Below, piece by piece: positions 55,450-63,561 of a stretch of DNA of 63,561 nucleotides; the stretch's first letter is position 1; each line of letters starts with the position of its first letter. The notes below the pieces were generated by a model, which was not told where the DNA came from, did not search any database, and worked only from the letters and a program-made list of their open reading frames with translations. The translations under genes were made by a program, and so were the position numbers. The stretch is taken from NCBI GenBank assembly GCA_035494915.1, contig DATJGP010000173.1:1-63561 (forward strand). Direction: 5' to 3'. Source of the DNA: Candidatus Eiseniibacteriota bacterium. GTDB taxonomy: Bacteria > Eisenbacteria > RBG-16-71-46 > SZUA-252.

Positions 55450-56703
55450 ATGTTCGAGCTGGTGGAGGATGGGAAGGTGGTGCTGGGAGCCTCGATCAAG
55501 GTCATCGGCGTCGGCGGCGCCGGGGGCAACGCGGTCAATCGAATGATGGAGGCCGGTCTTCGCGGCGTCGACTTCATCGCCGCGAACACAGACGCACAGG
55601 TTCTGGAGCAGTCCCGCTGTCCGAAGCGCATTCAGCTCGGCACCGGGATCACGAAGGGGCTCGGGTCCGGCGCGAATCCAAACGTCGGGCGCGAGGCGGC
55701 CGAGGAGGACGAGGCGGCGATCGCCGAGGCGCTCTCCGGGGCCGACATGGTGTTCGTCACCGCCGGCATGGGGGGCGGAACCGGAACCGGCGCGGCGCCG
55801 GTCGTGGCGCGCGTCGCGCGCTCGATGGGCGCGCTGACGGTCGCGGTCGTGACGCGTCCGTTCGAGTTCGAAGGACGCCGCCGCATGCAGATCGCCGAGG
55901 AAGGGCTCCAGGCCCTCCGCGAGAAGGTGGACACGCTGATCGTGATCCCCAATCAGCGGCTCCTCGCGATCGTCGAGAAGCACACCCCGCTCAAGGAGGC
56001 CTTCCGCGTCGCGGATCAGGTGCTCCACTACGCGACCAAGGGAATCTCCGATCTCATCACCGTGCCCGGGCTGGTGAACCTCGACTTCGCCGACGTGAAG
56101 ACGGTCATGGCGGAGCGGGGGAACGCGCTCATGGGCGCGGGACACTCGAGCGGCCCGAACCGCGCGTACGAGGCGGCGCAGTGCGCGGTCTCGAGCCCCC
56201 TGCTCGACGACGTGTCGATCTCGGGGGCGGAGGCGCTCCTCGTGAACGTCACCGGCGGCGAGTCGATGACGCTCCACGAGATCAACGAGGCGGTCACGGT
56301 GGTCGTGGACGCCGCGGGACGGGATGCGAACGTGATCTTCGGCGCGGTGATCGACGAGTCGATGGGGGATGCGCTCTCCATCACCGTCATCGCGACCGGC
56401 TTCGGCAAGGCCGAGATGATGAAGGCGCGCGCCGCGGAGACCCCGCGGGCCCACGCGCCTCGCATTCTCGAGATGGAGACGCGCTCGGTGCGACCGACCG
56501 TAATCGTGCGCCCCGTGCTCGAGGAGATGGAGGAGGAAACGGTGCTCGAGGCCTCGCCTCCGGGCGAAGCGCCGGCTCAGGCCCCGGCCGGCCGTCCCCA
56601 GTTCAAGATGTCGCCCGGCACGGCTCGGCGCCCCTTCGGCGGCCGCGCGATCAGCAAGGAGAACATGGACGTGCCCGCATTCATGCGGAAGCAGATGGAC
56701 TAG
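55450..56703 (+). CDS. ftsZ: cell division GTPase FtsZ
   Basis: Tubulin signature [16 protein letters not shown], a disordered linker and a C-terminal peptide DVPAFMRKQ. Confidence 0.97.
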   Translation: MFELVEDGKVVLGASIKVIGVGGAGGNAVNRMMEAGLRGVDFIAANTDAQVLEQSRCPKRIQLGTGITKGLGSGANPNVGREAAEEDEAAIAEALSGADMVFVTAGMGGGTGTGAAPVVARVARSMGALTVAVVTRPFEFEGRRRMQIAEEGLQALREKVDTLIVIPNQRLLAIVEKHTPLKEAFRVADQVLHYATKGISDLITVPGLVNLDFADVKTVMAERGNALMGAGHSSGPNRAYEAAQCAVSSPLLDDVSISGAEALLVNVTGGESMTLHEINEAVTVVVDAAGRDANVIFGAVIDESMGDALSITVIATGFGKAEMMKARAAETPRAHAPRILEMETRSVRPTVIVRPVLEEMEEETVLEASPPGEAPAQAPAGRPQFKMSPGTARRPFGGRAISKENMDVPAFMRKQMD

Positions 56704-56710
56704 GCAGGGA

Positions 56711-56739
56711 AACGAAAAAGCCCCGGCAGGCGCCGGGGC
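56711..56739 (-). terminator. intrinsic terminator downstream of rpmB (the hairpin is shared with the ftsZ 3' end)
   Basis: GCCCCGGC-AGGC-GCCGGGGC (56720..56739). On the minus strand it is followed by TTTTT (56715..56719). There is no U-tract on the + strand. Confidence 0.7.
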
Positions 56740-56766
56740 GTGAAGCGGTGCGGCAGCGCGTCCGGA

Positions 56767-56991
56767 CTAGATCGCCCGGGCGCGCTGCGCCGCTTTGGCC
56801 CCCATGTGCTTCTGGACCGAGCCGGTCCGGATGCACCGGGTGCAAACGCGAATCCGCTTCGGCTTCCCGCTGACGAGCGCGCGGACCGTCTGGAGATTGA
56901 CCTCCCAGCGGCGCTTCGTCACGTTGTGGGCGTGGCTCACGTTTTGACCGTGCTGGACGCCCTTGCCGCAGATATCACAGGTTCTGGCCAT
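56767..56991 (-). CDS. rpmB: 50S ribosomal protein L28
   Basis: MARTCDICGKGVQHGQNVSHAHNVTKRRWEVNLQ is the canonical L28 N-terminus. AAGGAGG SD upstream. Confidence 0.95.
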   Translation of the reverse strand: MARTCDICGKGVQHGQNVSHAHNVTKRRWEVNLQTVRALVSGKPKRIRVCTRCIRTGSVQKHMGAKAAQRARAI

Positions 56992-57016
56992 CTTGCCTCC
57001 TTGGGTAGAGCCGGGC

Positions 57017-57045
57017 AGTTTATCTCACCTTGGGGCATGGTGCAA
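57017..57045 (-). promoter_or_regulatory. putative rpmB promoter
   Basis: Minus strand: TTGCAC (57045..57040), 17-nt spacer, TAAACT (57022..57017), about 25 nt upstream of the rpmB SD. Confidence 0.5.
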
Positions 57046-57058
57046 TTGTGACTTGGCC

Positions 57059-57177
57059 GGCGCGGGGAGGGTGTGGGGGTCCTGGACCTCACATGCTGGC
57101 GCTCGATATTCTACCCCTACAGTGGTTTGGTGGGCGCCAGCTGCGGTGGTCCTGGACCCCCACACCCTCCCCGCGCC
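57059..57177. repeat. 119-bp near-perfect palindromic element (30-bp arms, nested 8-bp inner stem)
   Basis: GGCGCGGGGAGGGTGTGGGGGTCCTGGACC (57059..57088) matches the reverse complement of 57148..57177 at 29/30 positions. Inner inverted repeat GCTGGCGC / GCGCCAGC. A central 31 nt is unpaired. Single copy in this window. Confidence 0.85.
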
Positions 57178-57270
57178 TCCCAAAGCGAGTACAGCATTAC
57201 CTGGGTGCGCGGACTGCGCCTGTTCTGCGCACAGGATCCCCGTGATTTCCGCCCCTTCCGCCAACTCGGT

Positions 57271-57299
57271 TTGACTCGATCCGACGCCGCCCCTAGCAT
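57271..57299 (+). promoter_or_regulatory. putative recG promoter, placed for a leaderless transcript
   Basis: TTGACT (57271..57276), 17-nt spacer, TAGCAT (57294..57299). The only possible recG start (GTG 57306; an in-frame TAG is at 57294) lies 7 nt after the -10 and has no SD. Confidence 0.4.
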
Positions 57300-57305
57300 C
57301 GCTTC

Positions 57306-59381
57306 GTGACCGCCCTGTCCGATCCGATTCGCTATCTCGAGGGGGTCGGGCCGGAAATGGCGCGCCGCCTGGCGCGCCTCGAGATCCGAACCGTCAGAGA
57401 CCTCCTCTTTCATATACCGGTGGGCTACCGGGATCGCCGCGAGGTGACCCCGATCGCCAAGCTCGTGCCCGGCGTGGAAGCTTCGATCGAAGCCTCGGTC
57501 GCCTCGGTGCGTCCGCTCCGGCGCGCGCGCGGACGCCGCGATCTCGAGGCCACGCTCCGCGACTCGACCGGGATCATGCGCGCTGTTTGGTTCCACCAGC
57601 CCTACCTCGCGTCCACGCTGAAAGCGGGGGAACGCTACGTCTTCTCGGGGATCGTGCACGCGTTCCGCGGCCCCGAGCTCCACAACCCCGAGTTCGAGCC
57701 GGTCGCGGAAGGCGAGGGGAACCATCTCCATGTCCGCCGGATCGCGCCTCGCTACGCGCTCACCGAAGGGATCACGGAGCGGTGGCTAAGAGCCCGCGTG
57801 CGCGCCGCGCTCGACAAGTTCGAGCCTCCACCCGAGGTGCTCTCGGGCGAGTGGAGGACGCGGCTCGAGCTTCCGCCTCTGCCGATCGCCTTCGAGCGGA
57901 TCCATTTCCCGGAGGACGTCGCGCAGAAGGAGCCGGCGCGCAAGAGGCTCGCGCTCGAGGAGATCCTCGCGCTCCAAGTGGCGCTCCAGCTCGCGCGACG
58001 CCGTCACCGGAAGGCGCACAAGGCCTCGTCGCTCACGACCGGCGATCCCGCGATGCGGCGCTACCTCGAGGCGCTCCCGTTTCCGCTCACGAGCGCGCAG
58101 GAGCGATCGCTCGGCGCGATGGCGGAGGACCTCGATGGCGAGGTGCCGATGCGACGGCTCCTCCTCGGGGACGTCGGCTCCGGCAAGACGGTGCTCGCGC
58201 TCGCGGGGGCCGTGCGCGCGGCGGGGGCGGGACACCAGGCCGCGCTCCTCGCGCCGACGATGCTCCTGGCCGAGCAGCATGCGGCCACCGCCGCGAAGCA
58301 GCTCGAAGCGGCCGGCGTCAGGTGGGGGCTCTTGACCGCGGCGACGCCGGAGCGTGATCGGAAGCTACTGCTCGAGGGTTTTGCCTCGGGAGAGATCTCG
58401 ATCGCGATCGGCACGCACGCACTCCTCGAGCCCAAGGTCGCGTTCCGCTCGCTCGCGTTCGTCGCGGTGGACGAACAGCACCGCTTCGGGGTGCGGCAGC
58501 GGATCTCCCTCGCGCGTGGCGCGGACCCCGGGCGAAGCGCGCATCTCCTCGTCCTCACGGCGACGCCGATCCCGCGCAGCTACGCGATGACCCTCTACGG
58601 CGATCTCGACCTCTCCATCCTCGACGAGAAGCCGCCCGGCCGCCTGCCGGTCGAGACGACCTCGATCGACGGCACGCGGCGGGAGGCGCTCCTCGATCTC
58701 CTGCGCGGTGAAATGGAGCGAGGCGGAAGCGCCTTCGTGGTGTATCCCATCGTGGAGGAGAGCGAGAAGGTGGATCTCGAGGACGCGACCTCGACGGCGG
58801 CGGCGCTCCGGGAGGAGCCCGCGCTGGCCGAGGCCGGCGTGGAGCTGGTCCACGGCCGTCTCCCCGCGGAGGATCGGCGTCGCGCGCTCGAGCGATTCCG
58901 GAACGGGGAAGCGAGGATCCTCGTCACGACCACGGTGGTGGAGGTGGGACTCGACATTCCCGACGCCACGCTCGTCGCGATCGAGCATCCGGACCGGTTC
59001 GGCCTCGCACAGCTTCATCAGCTCCGCGGCCGCGTGGGCCGGGCGGGGCGAGCCGGGCGTTGCGTGCTCGTCACGCGGGGCGGCCTCGGCGAGGCGGCGC
59101 GCCGGCGGCTCCACGTGTTCCAGACGGTGTCGGACGGATTCAGGCTCGCGGAGGAGGACCTGAAGCAGCGCGGTCCGGGGGAGTTCCTGGGCACCTCGCA
59201 GCACGGATTTCCCACGTTCCGCGCGGCGGATCCGATGCAGGATCAGGAGTTGATCGAGGCCGCGTCCACGCTCAGCCGGGAGCTCCTGGACCGCGCCGAG
59301 ACCGAGACCTCGGGCGGGCGCGTGGAGGCCTGGATCGAGACGCACGTACCGGGGGCGGAGCGGTACCTGGGGAGCGGGTAG
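57306..59381 (+). CDS. recG: ATP-dependent DNA helicase RecG
   Basis: N-terminal LEGVGPEMARRL wedge region, Walker A GDVGSGKT, DEQHRFG, and helicase C motifs (TTVVEVGLDIPDAT, QLHQLRGRVGR). Confidence 0.95.
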   Translation: MTALSDPIRYLEGVGPEMARRLARLEIRTVRDLLFHIPVGYRDRREVTPIAKLVPGVEASIEASVASVRPLRRARGRRDLEATLRDSTGIMRAVWFHQPYLASTLKAGERYVFSGIVHAFRGPELHNPEFEPVAEGEGNHLHVRRIAPRYALTEGITERWLRARVRAALDKFEPPPEVLSGEWRTRLELPPLPIAFERIHFPEDVAQKEPARKRLALEEILALQVALQLARRRHRKAHKASSLTTGDPAMRRYLEALPFPLTSAQERSLGAMAEDLDGEVPMRRLLLGDVGSGKTVLALAGAVRAAGAGHQAALLAPTMLLAEQHAATAAKQLEAAGVRWGLLTAATPERDRKLLLEGFASGEISIAIGTHALLEPKVAFRSLAFVAVDEQHRFGVRQRISLARGADPGRSAHLLVLTATPIPRSYAMTLYGDLDLSILDEKPPGRLPVETTSIDGTRREALLDLLRGEMERGGSAFVVYPIVEESEKVDLEDATSTAAALREEPALAEAGVELVHGRLPAEDRRRALERFRNGEARILVTTTVVEVGLDIPDATLVAIEHPDRFGLAQLHQLRGRVGRAGRAGRCVLVTRGGLGEAARRRLHVFQTVSDGFRLAEEDLKQRGPGEFLGTSQHGFPTFRAADPMQDQELIEAASTLSRELLDRAETETSGGRVEAWIETHVPGAERYLGSG

Positions 59382-59457
59382 AATTTCGGCCAAAGAAGGC
59401 GGCGGCGGCCGCCGATACTGGAGACGCGAGTCCACTTACGAGCCGCCAGGAGCCGCG

Positions 59458-60621
59458 ATGACCTTCGAATGCACGAACTGTCAGCTTCGCTACAAGATCG
59501 ACGACTCGCTCATTCCGCCTGACGGCGCCCGGGTGAAGTGCCGTCGGTGCTCGACCCTGATCGACGTTCCGGCCCCGGTCATCGAGCTCGCGCCCGTCGA
59601 CCTGGAGCTGATCCCGCCCCCTCCGCCGAAGCGCATGCCGCGCATCGACGAGGCTCCCGCGGTCAGGGTCGAGACACCCGCGGAGCGCACCCCCGCGCCA
59701 GCCCCCTCCGTCGCTGCGCCAGCGCCGCCGCCGCGCGCCGCCGACCCGGAGCCTCGGGCGGCCGACGAGAGCGTGACGCTGGAGCAGCAGCTCGCCGCGG
59801 AGGCGCGGAGCGTTCCGCCGTCGCCCGACATCGAGCACGATTCCTCCTTCGTGGAGCGGTTCGACGCCCCGTCGGCGGCCGCCATCCCGGCCGATCCCGC
59901 GTTCGAGCACATCGGCGCCGCGGCCGCGCAGGCTTCGTACGAGCCCGCGACGCCGTCGCTCGAGACCGAACCGCTCGGCACTCCGCCGCCCGCGGCTTTC
60001 GAGTCGACGCCTGCGCCCGAGCCCGCACCCGCACCCGTGCTGGAGACCTCCGGCGCGCCGAATCTGGGCGAGCCGTCACTGTCCGAGTCACCGTCCTTGG
60101 CCGCGCCGACACTCGCAGCGCCGACGCTCGCGGCGCCGTCGCTGTCGGCTCCGTCGTTCGAGACCGCACCGCCGTCCATCGGCGCGCCCGCGCTCGAGTC
60201 GCCGCAGGAGCCCGCGCCTCCTGCCGCCGAGTCCACCCCGTCGCACGCCCCGGCGCCCGCGCCCGCGGCCGCGCCGGCGCTCGCCACGTCCGAAACCGCG
60301 GAGGCTCCCATGGCCACCGACAACGTCGTTCCTCTCACGCTGGGGACGCCGATCCCCGACGGCCTCTCGCCCGAAGAGCGCACGCGCCATGAAAAGGCGC
60401 GGCGGCTCGCGCGCGTGCTCGCGTCCGACATCGCGATCTACAACCGTGAGAAGAAGGAGCGGGGCATGGTGGACGGGAATCTCGTGGCGGTGCTCGGCTA
60501 CGAGATCAAGAAGTCGTGGGAGACCTACAAGGAGCGGGTGGGGGCCGACTTCGCGAACTCGACTCCGTATTTCCGCGACGCCCTGAACGACCTCCTCGCC
60601 GAGGGCAAGAAGATCTTCTGA
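59458..60621 (+). CDS. MJ0042-type zinc-ribbon protein with Pro/Ala-rich linker and conserved basic C-terminal domain
   Basis: FECTNCQLRYKIDDSLIPPDGARVKCRRCSTLI zinc ribbon. About 250 aa of P/A/S/E-rich low complexity, including four 15-nt tandem units (60097..60156, LAAPT/LAAPS). C-terminal helical domain (EKARRLARVLASDIAIYNREK…YFRDALNDLL). Confidence 0.75.
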   Translation: MTFECTNCQLRYKIDDSLIPPDGARVKCRRCSTLIDVPAPVIELAPVDLELIPPPPPKRMPRIDEAPAVRVETPAERTPAPAPSVAAPAPPPRAADPEPRAADESVTLEQQLAAEARSVPPSPDIEHDSSFVERFDAPSAAAIPADPAFEHIGAAAAQASYEPATPSLETEPLGTPPPAAFESTPAPEPAPAPVLETSGAPNLGEPSLSESPSLAAPTLAAPTLAAPSLSAPSFETAPPSIGAPALESPQEPAPPAAESTPSHAPAPAPAAAPALATSETAEAPMATDNVVPLTLGTPIPDGLSPEERTRHEKARRLARVLASDIAIYNREKKERGMVDGNLVAVLGYEIKKSWETYKERVGADFANSTPYFRDALNDLLAEGKKIF

Positions 60622-60627
60622 CCGGGT

Positions 60628-61875
60628 TCAGCCCGCCTGCCGCGTCCGTCCCAGGAGCCCGCCCGCCGCGCCCCCCAGGACGAGGAGGCAGCCCGCCAGC
60701 ACGACCGCCGATCCGGGCGTGAGACCACCCCGCTGGACGAGCCATCCGAAGATCGACGCGCTCACCACCACGCCGAGCCGCGCGAGGAAATCGCGCAGCG
60801 CGAAGACCCGCGCTCTCACTTCGGGGCGGGCCGCCTGCTGGATGGCCGACTCCGTCGTGATGAGGAGGAGCGCCACGAAGAGTCCCGCCAGGAACGCCGC
60901 AGCGCCCCCGGCGGCGCGCGAGGGGAATCGCGCGAACGAGACCACGGCGAGCCCGGCGCCGGCGAGCGATGCGGCGAGCACCCACGCCCTCGAGCCTCTC
61001 CGGCCCCACGCGGCGAGGAGGAGCGTGCCCGCCACCATGCCCGCGGCCGCGAACGCGATCACGCCGCCGACGCCCGACACCACGCCCGATCCATGCCCCC
61101 GGATGACGGTCGGGAGCGCGACATGGAGCGCCCCCCCCGCGATCCAGAGGAGCGCCATGGCCAGCATCGATCCCAGGATCGGCTTCGACGAGAGGGAGAG
61201 CCGCGCCCCTTCGGCGACGTTCTTCGCGAGCCCGCGGTACGCCGCTGCCGCGGATTGGTGCGGCTTCGCCCGGGGGCGCAGGTCGCTCGGACGGATGAAC
61301 GCGAGCGCGATCACGGACACGAAATAGGTCGCGGCATCGAGCGCGAAGCCGAAGCGCCATCCCGACCGCTCCACCCAGAGTCCTCCGAGCCACGATCCGA
61401 GGATCGTCGCGACGACGCCGGCCAGGGTCGCGAGCGAGTTCGCCTCGACGAGCGCGCCCTCGGGCACGAGGTCGGGGAGGATGGCCGACCGCGCGGGAAG
61501 GAAGAAGGTGTTCACCACGTAGAGGAGGAAGACGAGCGCGAAGGCGGCCGGAAGCCCCCACGTCTCCGCCGCCGGAATCATGGCGAGCACGACGACGCCG
61601 CGGAGCGCGTCCGACACGAGGAGCGTGGTCCGTGTGTTCCAGCCATCCACCAGCGCGCCCACGACCGGCGAGAAGAGGATGGCGGGGAGGAAGCTGAAGA
61701 GCGGGATCAGCGCGAGCTCGCGCGCGGGATTGGCGGGATCGGCCGCGCGCTCGACGACGAGCGCGAGGAGTGCCAGGTAGGTGAACCGGTCCCCGAAGAT
61801 CGAGACGAGCTGCCCAATCCAGAGGGCGCGGAAGCTGCCGCTCCGGAAGAGGCGGAGCGACGCGGCCCCCCGCAT
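60628..61875 (-). CDS. MFS transporter
   Basis: 12-TM pattern beginning MRGAASLRLFRSGSFRALWIGQLVSIFGDRFTYLAL. The ATG overlaps the upstream TGA (TGATG). The 182 extra N-terminal codons in the track ORF overlap the GT4 gene in another frame. Confidence 0.8.
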   Translation of the reverse strand: MRGAASLRLFRSGSFRALWIGQLVSIFGDRFTYLALLALVVERAADPANPARELALIPLFSFLPAILFSPVVGALVDGWNTRTTLLVSDALRGVVVLAMIPAAETWGLPAAFALVFLLYVVNTFFLPARSAILPDLVPEGALVEANSLATLAGVVATILGSWLGGLWVERSGWRFGFALDAATYFVSVIALAFIRPSDLRPRAKPHQSAAAAYRGLAKNVAEGARLSLSSKPILGSMLAMALLWIAGGALHVALPTVIRGHGSGVVSGVGGVIAFAAAGMVAGTLLLAAWGRRGSRAWVLAASLAGAGLAVVSFARFPSRAAGGAAAFLAGLFVALLLITTESAIQQAARPEVRARVFALRDFLARLGVVVSASIFGWLVQRGGLTPGSAVVLAGCLLVLGGAAGGLLGRTRQAG

Positions 61876-63047
61876 CAGCGGACGGCCGTCTCGAACTCCG
61901 GCTCTCGCTCCTCCGCCTCGACCGCCGCGAGCCTGCGCTCGAGACGGACCGGAAGGAGCGAGGCGTAGACCTGCTCGAGGCGCTCCACGATTCCGTCCCA
62001 GCCGTAGCGCCGCGCCGTCTCCACTCCGCGCGCCCCCATGGTGGCGCGGAGTTCCGCATCGGCGAGGAGCCGGCGGAGCGCGAGCGCCATGGCCTCTACG
62101 TCCCGCGGCTCGACGAGGATCCCTTCCGCCTCCGGCGTGAGCACCGTGCGATAGCCCGGCAGGGAGGTCGCGACGATGGGGATCCCGGTCGCCATCGCTT
62201 CGAGGAGGACGAGCCCGAAGCTCTCGCCCGAGCGCGCCGGCGTGCAGAAGATGTCCGCGGCCGCGTAGCGGCCGGGAAGCAGGTCCGGCTCGACCCGCCC
62301 CGCGAACTCGACGCGTCCGTCGAGCGCGCGACGCGCCCTCCGCTCCATCCGCTCGCGGAGCGGTCCATCCCCGACGACGACCAGACGGAACGGAACGTCG
62401 AGCCGCGCGAGGATCGTGCACGCGTCGATCAGATCGGGGAGTCCTTTCCTCGGATCCAGCCGCCCGACGAACAGGATCGTCGGCACGCCGTCGTCATCCC
62501 GCGTCGCGCGCGGCCGGAATCGATCGAGGTCGACGCCGTTCGGCAGGACCTCGACGGGTCCGGGGAAGTGCCGCTGGATGTAGTCCCGCGCCACGACCGA
62601 CACCGCGAGGCGATGGTCGATGCGTCGGTAGAGGGGGCGAAGGAGCCCGCCGAAGAGGCGGTACGGAAGATCCGAAGACACGGAGTGGAACGTGCCGACG
62701 ACGGGGACCCGCGCGAGCCGCAGCGTGAGGAGCGGGAGCACCGGGGCCACGGGGCAGTGCACGTGGATCACGTCGAACCGCCGCTCCTCGAAGAGCCCGC
62801 CCAGCCGCTCCGGCAGATCGAAGCCGACCGTCATGTCGTTCTGCGCGCCGTTGTAGGGGAGGACGATGTTGTGTCCCACGCGCACGGTCCCGGGCTCGAA
62901 GCGCGGCCTTCCGGCGATTCCGGACGTGACCACGGTGACGTCGTGTCCGCGCCGCCTCAGCCCCTTCGCGGTGGCATCCACGTGCTCCGTCACACCCCCC
63001 ACGGTGGGGACATACGCCTGGGAGACGATTCCGATCCTAAGCCGCAT
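61875..63047 (-). CDS. GT4 glycosyltransferase, PimA-like (phosphatidylinositol mannosyltransferase-like)
   Basis: N-terminus MRLRIGIVSQAYVPTVGGVTEHV…GHDVTVVT. C-terminal SGESFGLVLLEAMATGIPIVATSLPGYRTVL signature. It lies directly downstream of an HtrB/PatA-like acyltransferase gene. Confidence 0.7.
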   Translation of the reverse strand: MRLRIGIVSQAYVPTVGGVTEHVDATAKGLRRRGHDVTVVTSGIAGRPRFEPGTVRVGHNIVLPYNGAQNDMTVGFDLPERLGGLFEERRFDVIHVHCPVAPVLPLLTLRLARVPVVGTFHSVSSDLPYRLFGGLLRPLYRRIDHRLAVSVVARDYIQRHFPGPVEVLPNGVDLDRFRPRATRDDDGVPTILFVGRLDPRKGLPDLIDACTILARLDVPFRLVVVGDGPLRERMERRARRALDGRVEFAGRVEPDLLPGRYAAADIFCTPARSGESFGLVLLEAMATGIPIVATSLPGYRTVLTPEAEGILVEPRDVEAMALALRRLLADAELRATMGARGVETARRYGWDGIVERLEQVYASLLPVRLERRLAAVEAEEREPEFETAVR

Positions 63048-63561
63048 CGGCGGCGCTCCAGAGGGGACGGAAGATGCACCACTGCGTCACGTTCTCCGCG
63101 ATGGAGCGCTCCTGCGCCCGCGCGACGAGGGTGGTGAGGCGCTCGAGATCCTCGCGCAGCGTGAGCCGTGGATCCGCTTCGTCGAGACCGTCGAACACCA
63201 CTTCGTGGCTCCCGTCCTCACCGCGCGTCGCGTGCGCGTGGAGGATCGGAACCCGCGCGCGGCGCGCGAGGATGGCCGGGCCGGCGGGAAAGGGGATGCG
63301 GCGTCCGAAGAAGGGGGCCGGCAGCGATCTCGAGTGGATGTCGCCATCGACCAGGAGCACCACGACGGCCCCGCGCCTTAGCGCGGCGACGAGCGGCGCG
63401 AAGCCCTCGTCGGGCGTCCGGATCACGAGCCCCTCGCGCGCCTTCCGGTCGCGCAGGGCACGCGCGAGGAGCGGATGGATCTGCACCCCGCTCACCGCCT
63501 GCACCTCGATCCCGAGCCTCGCGAGCGCGAGTCCAGCCAGCTCCCAGCTCCCCAGGTGCGG
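63037..63561 (-). CDS. LpxL/HtrB/PatA-family lipid acyltransferase (N-terminus outside the window)
   Basis: The frame is open to the window edge. It encodes PHLGSWELAG (the H..WE catalytic motif region), VLLVDGD and FFGRRIPFPAGPAILARRARVPIL, all typical of the lauroyl/PIM acyltransferase family. Confidence 0.75.
   Translation of the reverse strand, partial: PHLGSWELAGLALARLGIEVQAVSGVQIHPLLARALRDRKAREGLVIRTPDEGFAPLVAALRRGAVVVLLVDGDIHSRSLPAPFFGRRIPFPAGPAILARRARVPILHAHATRGEDGSHEVVFDGLDEADPRLTLREDLERLTTLVARAQERSIAENVTQWCIFRPLWSAADAA

Noticed and set aside
57059-57177. The palindromic element as SRP (4.5S) RNA or 6S RNA.
   Set aside because: It has no SRP domain IV motif (GGAA/AGCA symmetric-loop consensus). 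It lacks the imperfect bulged stem and central bubble architecture of 6S RNA. Perfect 30-bp arms look like a DNA-level repeat rather than a conserved structured RNA.
56963-57309. Small ORFs (103, 79, 71 and 78 aa) in the rpmB-recG spacer.
   Set aside because: They are mirror-image products of the 119-bp palindrome (the same peptide-like strings appear on both strands), with no SD or coding signal.
59382-59457. The GGCGGCGGCGGCCGCCG palindrome after recG as an intrinsic terminator.
   Set aside because: It could form only a very short stem with essentially no loop, and no U-tract follows.
61876-62421. The single 597-aa ORF 60628..62421 treated as one gene.
   Set aside because: The first 182 codons overlap the PimA-like GT4 gene in a different frame and are Arg/Gly-rich. 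The MFS N-terminus starts at the ATG at 61875, which overlaps the GT4 stop.
1-63561. CRISPR arrays, tRNA/rRNA genes, IS elements, integrases, prophage, toxin-antitoxin or known defence-system genes.
   Set aside because: None was recognised. The window is fully tiled by the genes listed, and the intergenic spacers are short. The only multi-copy DNA motifs found are the short local repeats reported above.

Overview
Very GC-rich bacterial chromosomal segment (about two thirds to 70% G+C by eye). It is almost completely coding, mostly on the + strand, and many adjacent genes share 1-4 nt stop/start overlaps. All calls rest on motif recognition by reading the sequence; no homology search was run.

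Gene content in order:
- lipA (5' end at or beyond the window edge) and mgtE.
- An orphan NtrC-family sigma-54 activator, followed by an AT-rich spacer carrying a near-consensus -24/-12 element.
- A 996-aa PpiD/SurA-like parvulin chaperone and radC.
- A TPR/SLH-like lipoprotein and a 937-aa secreted protein with a FlgD-Ig/T9SS-like C-terminal domain.
- An FMN riboswitch with terminator, then ribD-ribE-ribBA-ribH-nusB.
- These run without gaps into a roughly 22-kb glycosylation island (17.8-39.6 kb). It holds about ten GT2/GT4 enzymes, an SDR epimerase, an MprF-flippase-like membrane protein and two GT-C-type membrane enzymes (DUF2723/TMEM260-like with TPR; YfhO-like). It also holds a Dpm1-like polyprenol-P-sugar synthase, a GT2 fused to a degenerate WbaP-like module, a FemAB-like protein and a secreted beta-propeller protein.
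- A complete dcw cluster: mraZ, a STAS-domain gene, rsmH, ftsL, ftsI, murE, murF, mraY, murD, ftsW, murG, murC, ftsQ, ftsA, ftsZ.
- rpmB, recG and a zinc-ribbon/Pro-Ala-rich protein.
- A minus-strand acyltransferase / PimA-like GT4 / MFS operon.

No rRNA, tRNA, CRISPR array, IS element, integrase or recognisable defence genes were seen.

Most interesting observations:
- The island contains two apparent GT2 + GT-C 'three-component' extracytoplasmic glycosylation modules but no Wzx/Wzy/Wza-type export genes. This suggests a possible protein or envelope glycosylation system.
- A STAS-domain gene is inserted between mraZ and rsmH.
- A 119-bp near-perfect palindromic element lies between rpmB and recG.
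- There is a textbook-like MraZ operator.
- There is a candidate sigma-54 promoter with a long leader.

The many long alternative-frame and antisense ORFs in the track are high-GC artefacts.
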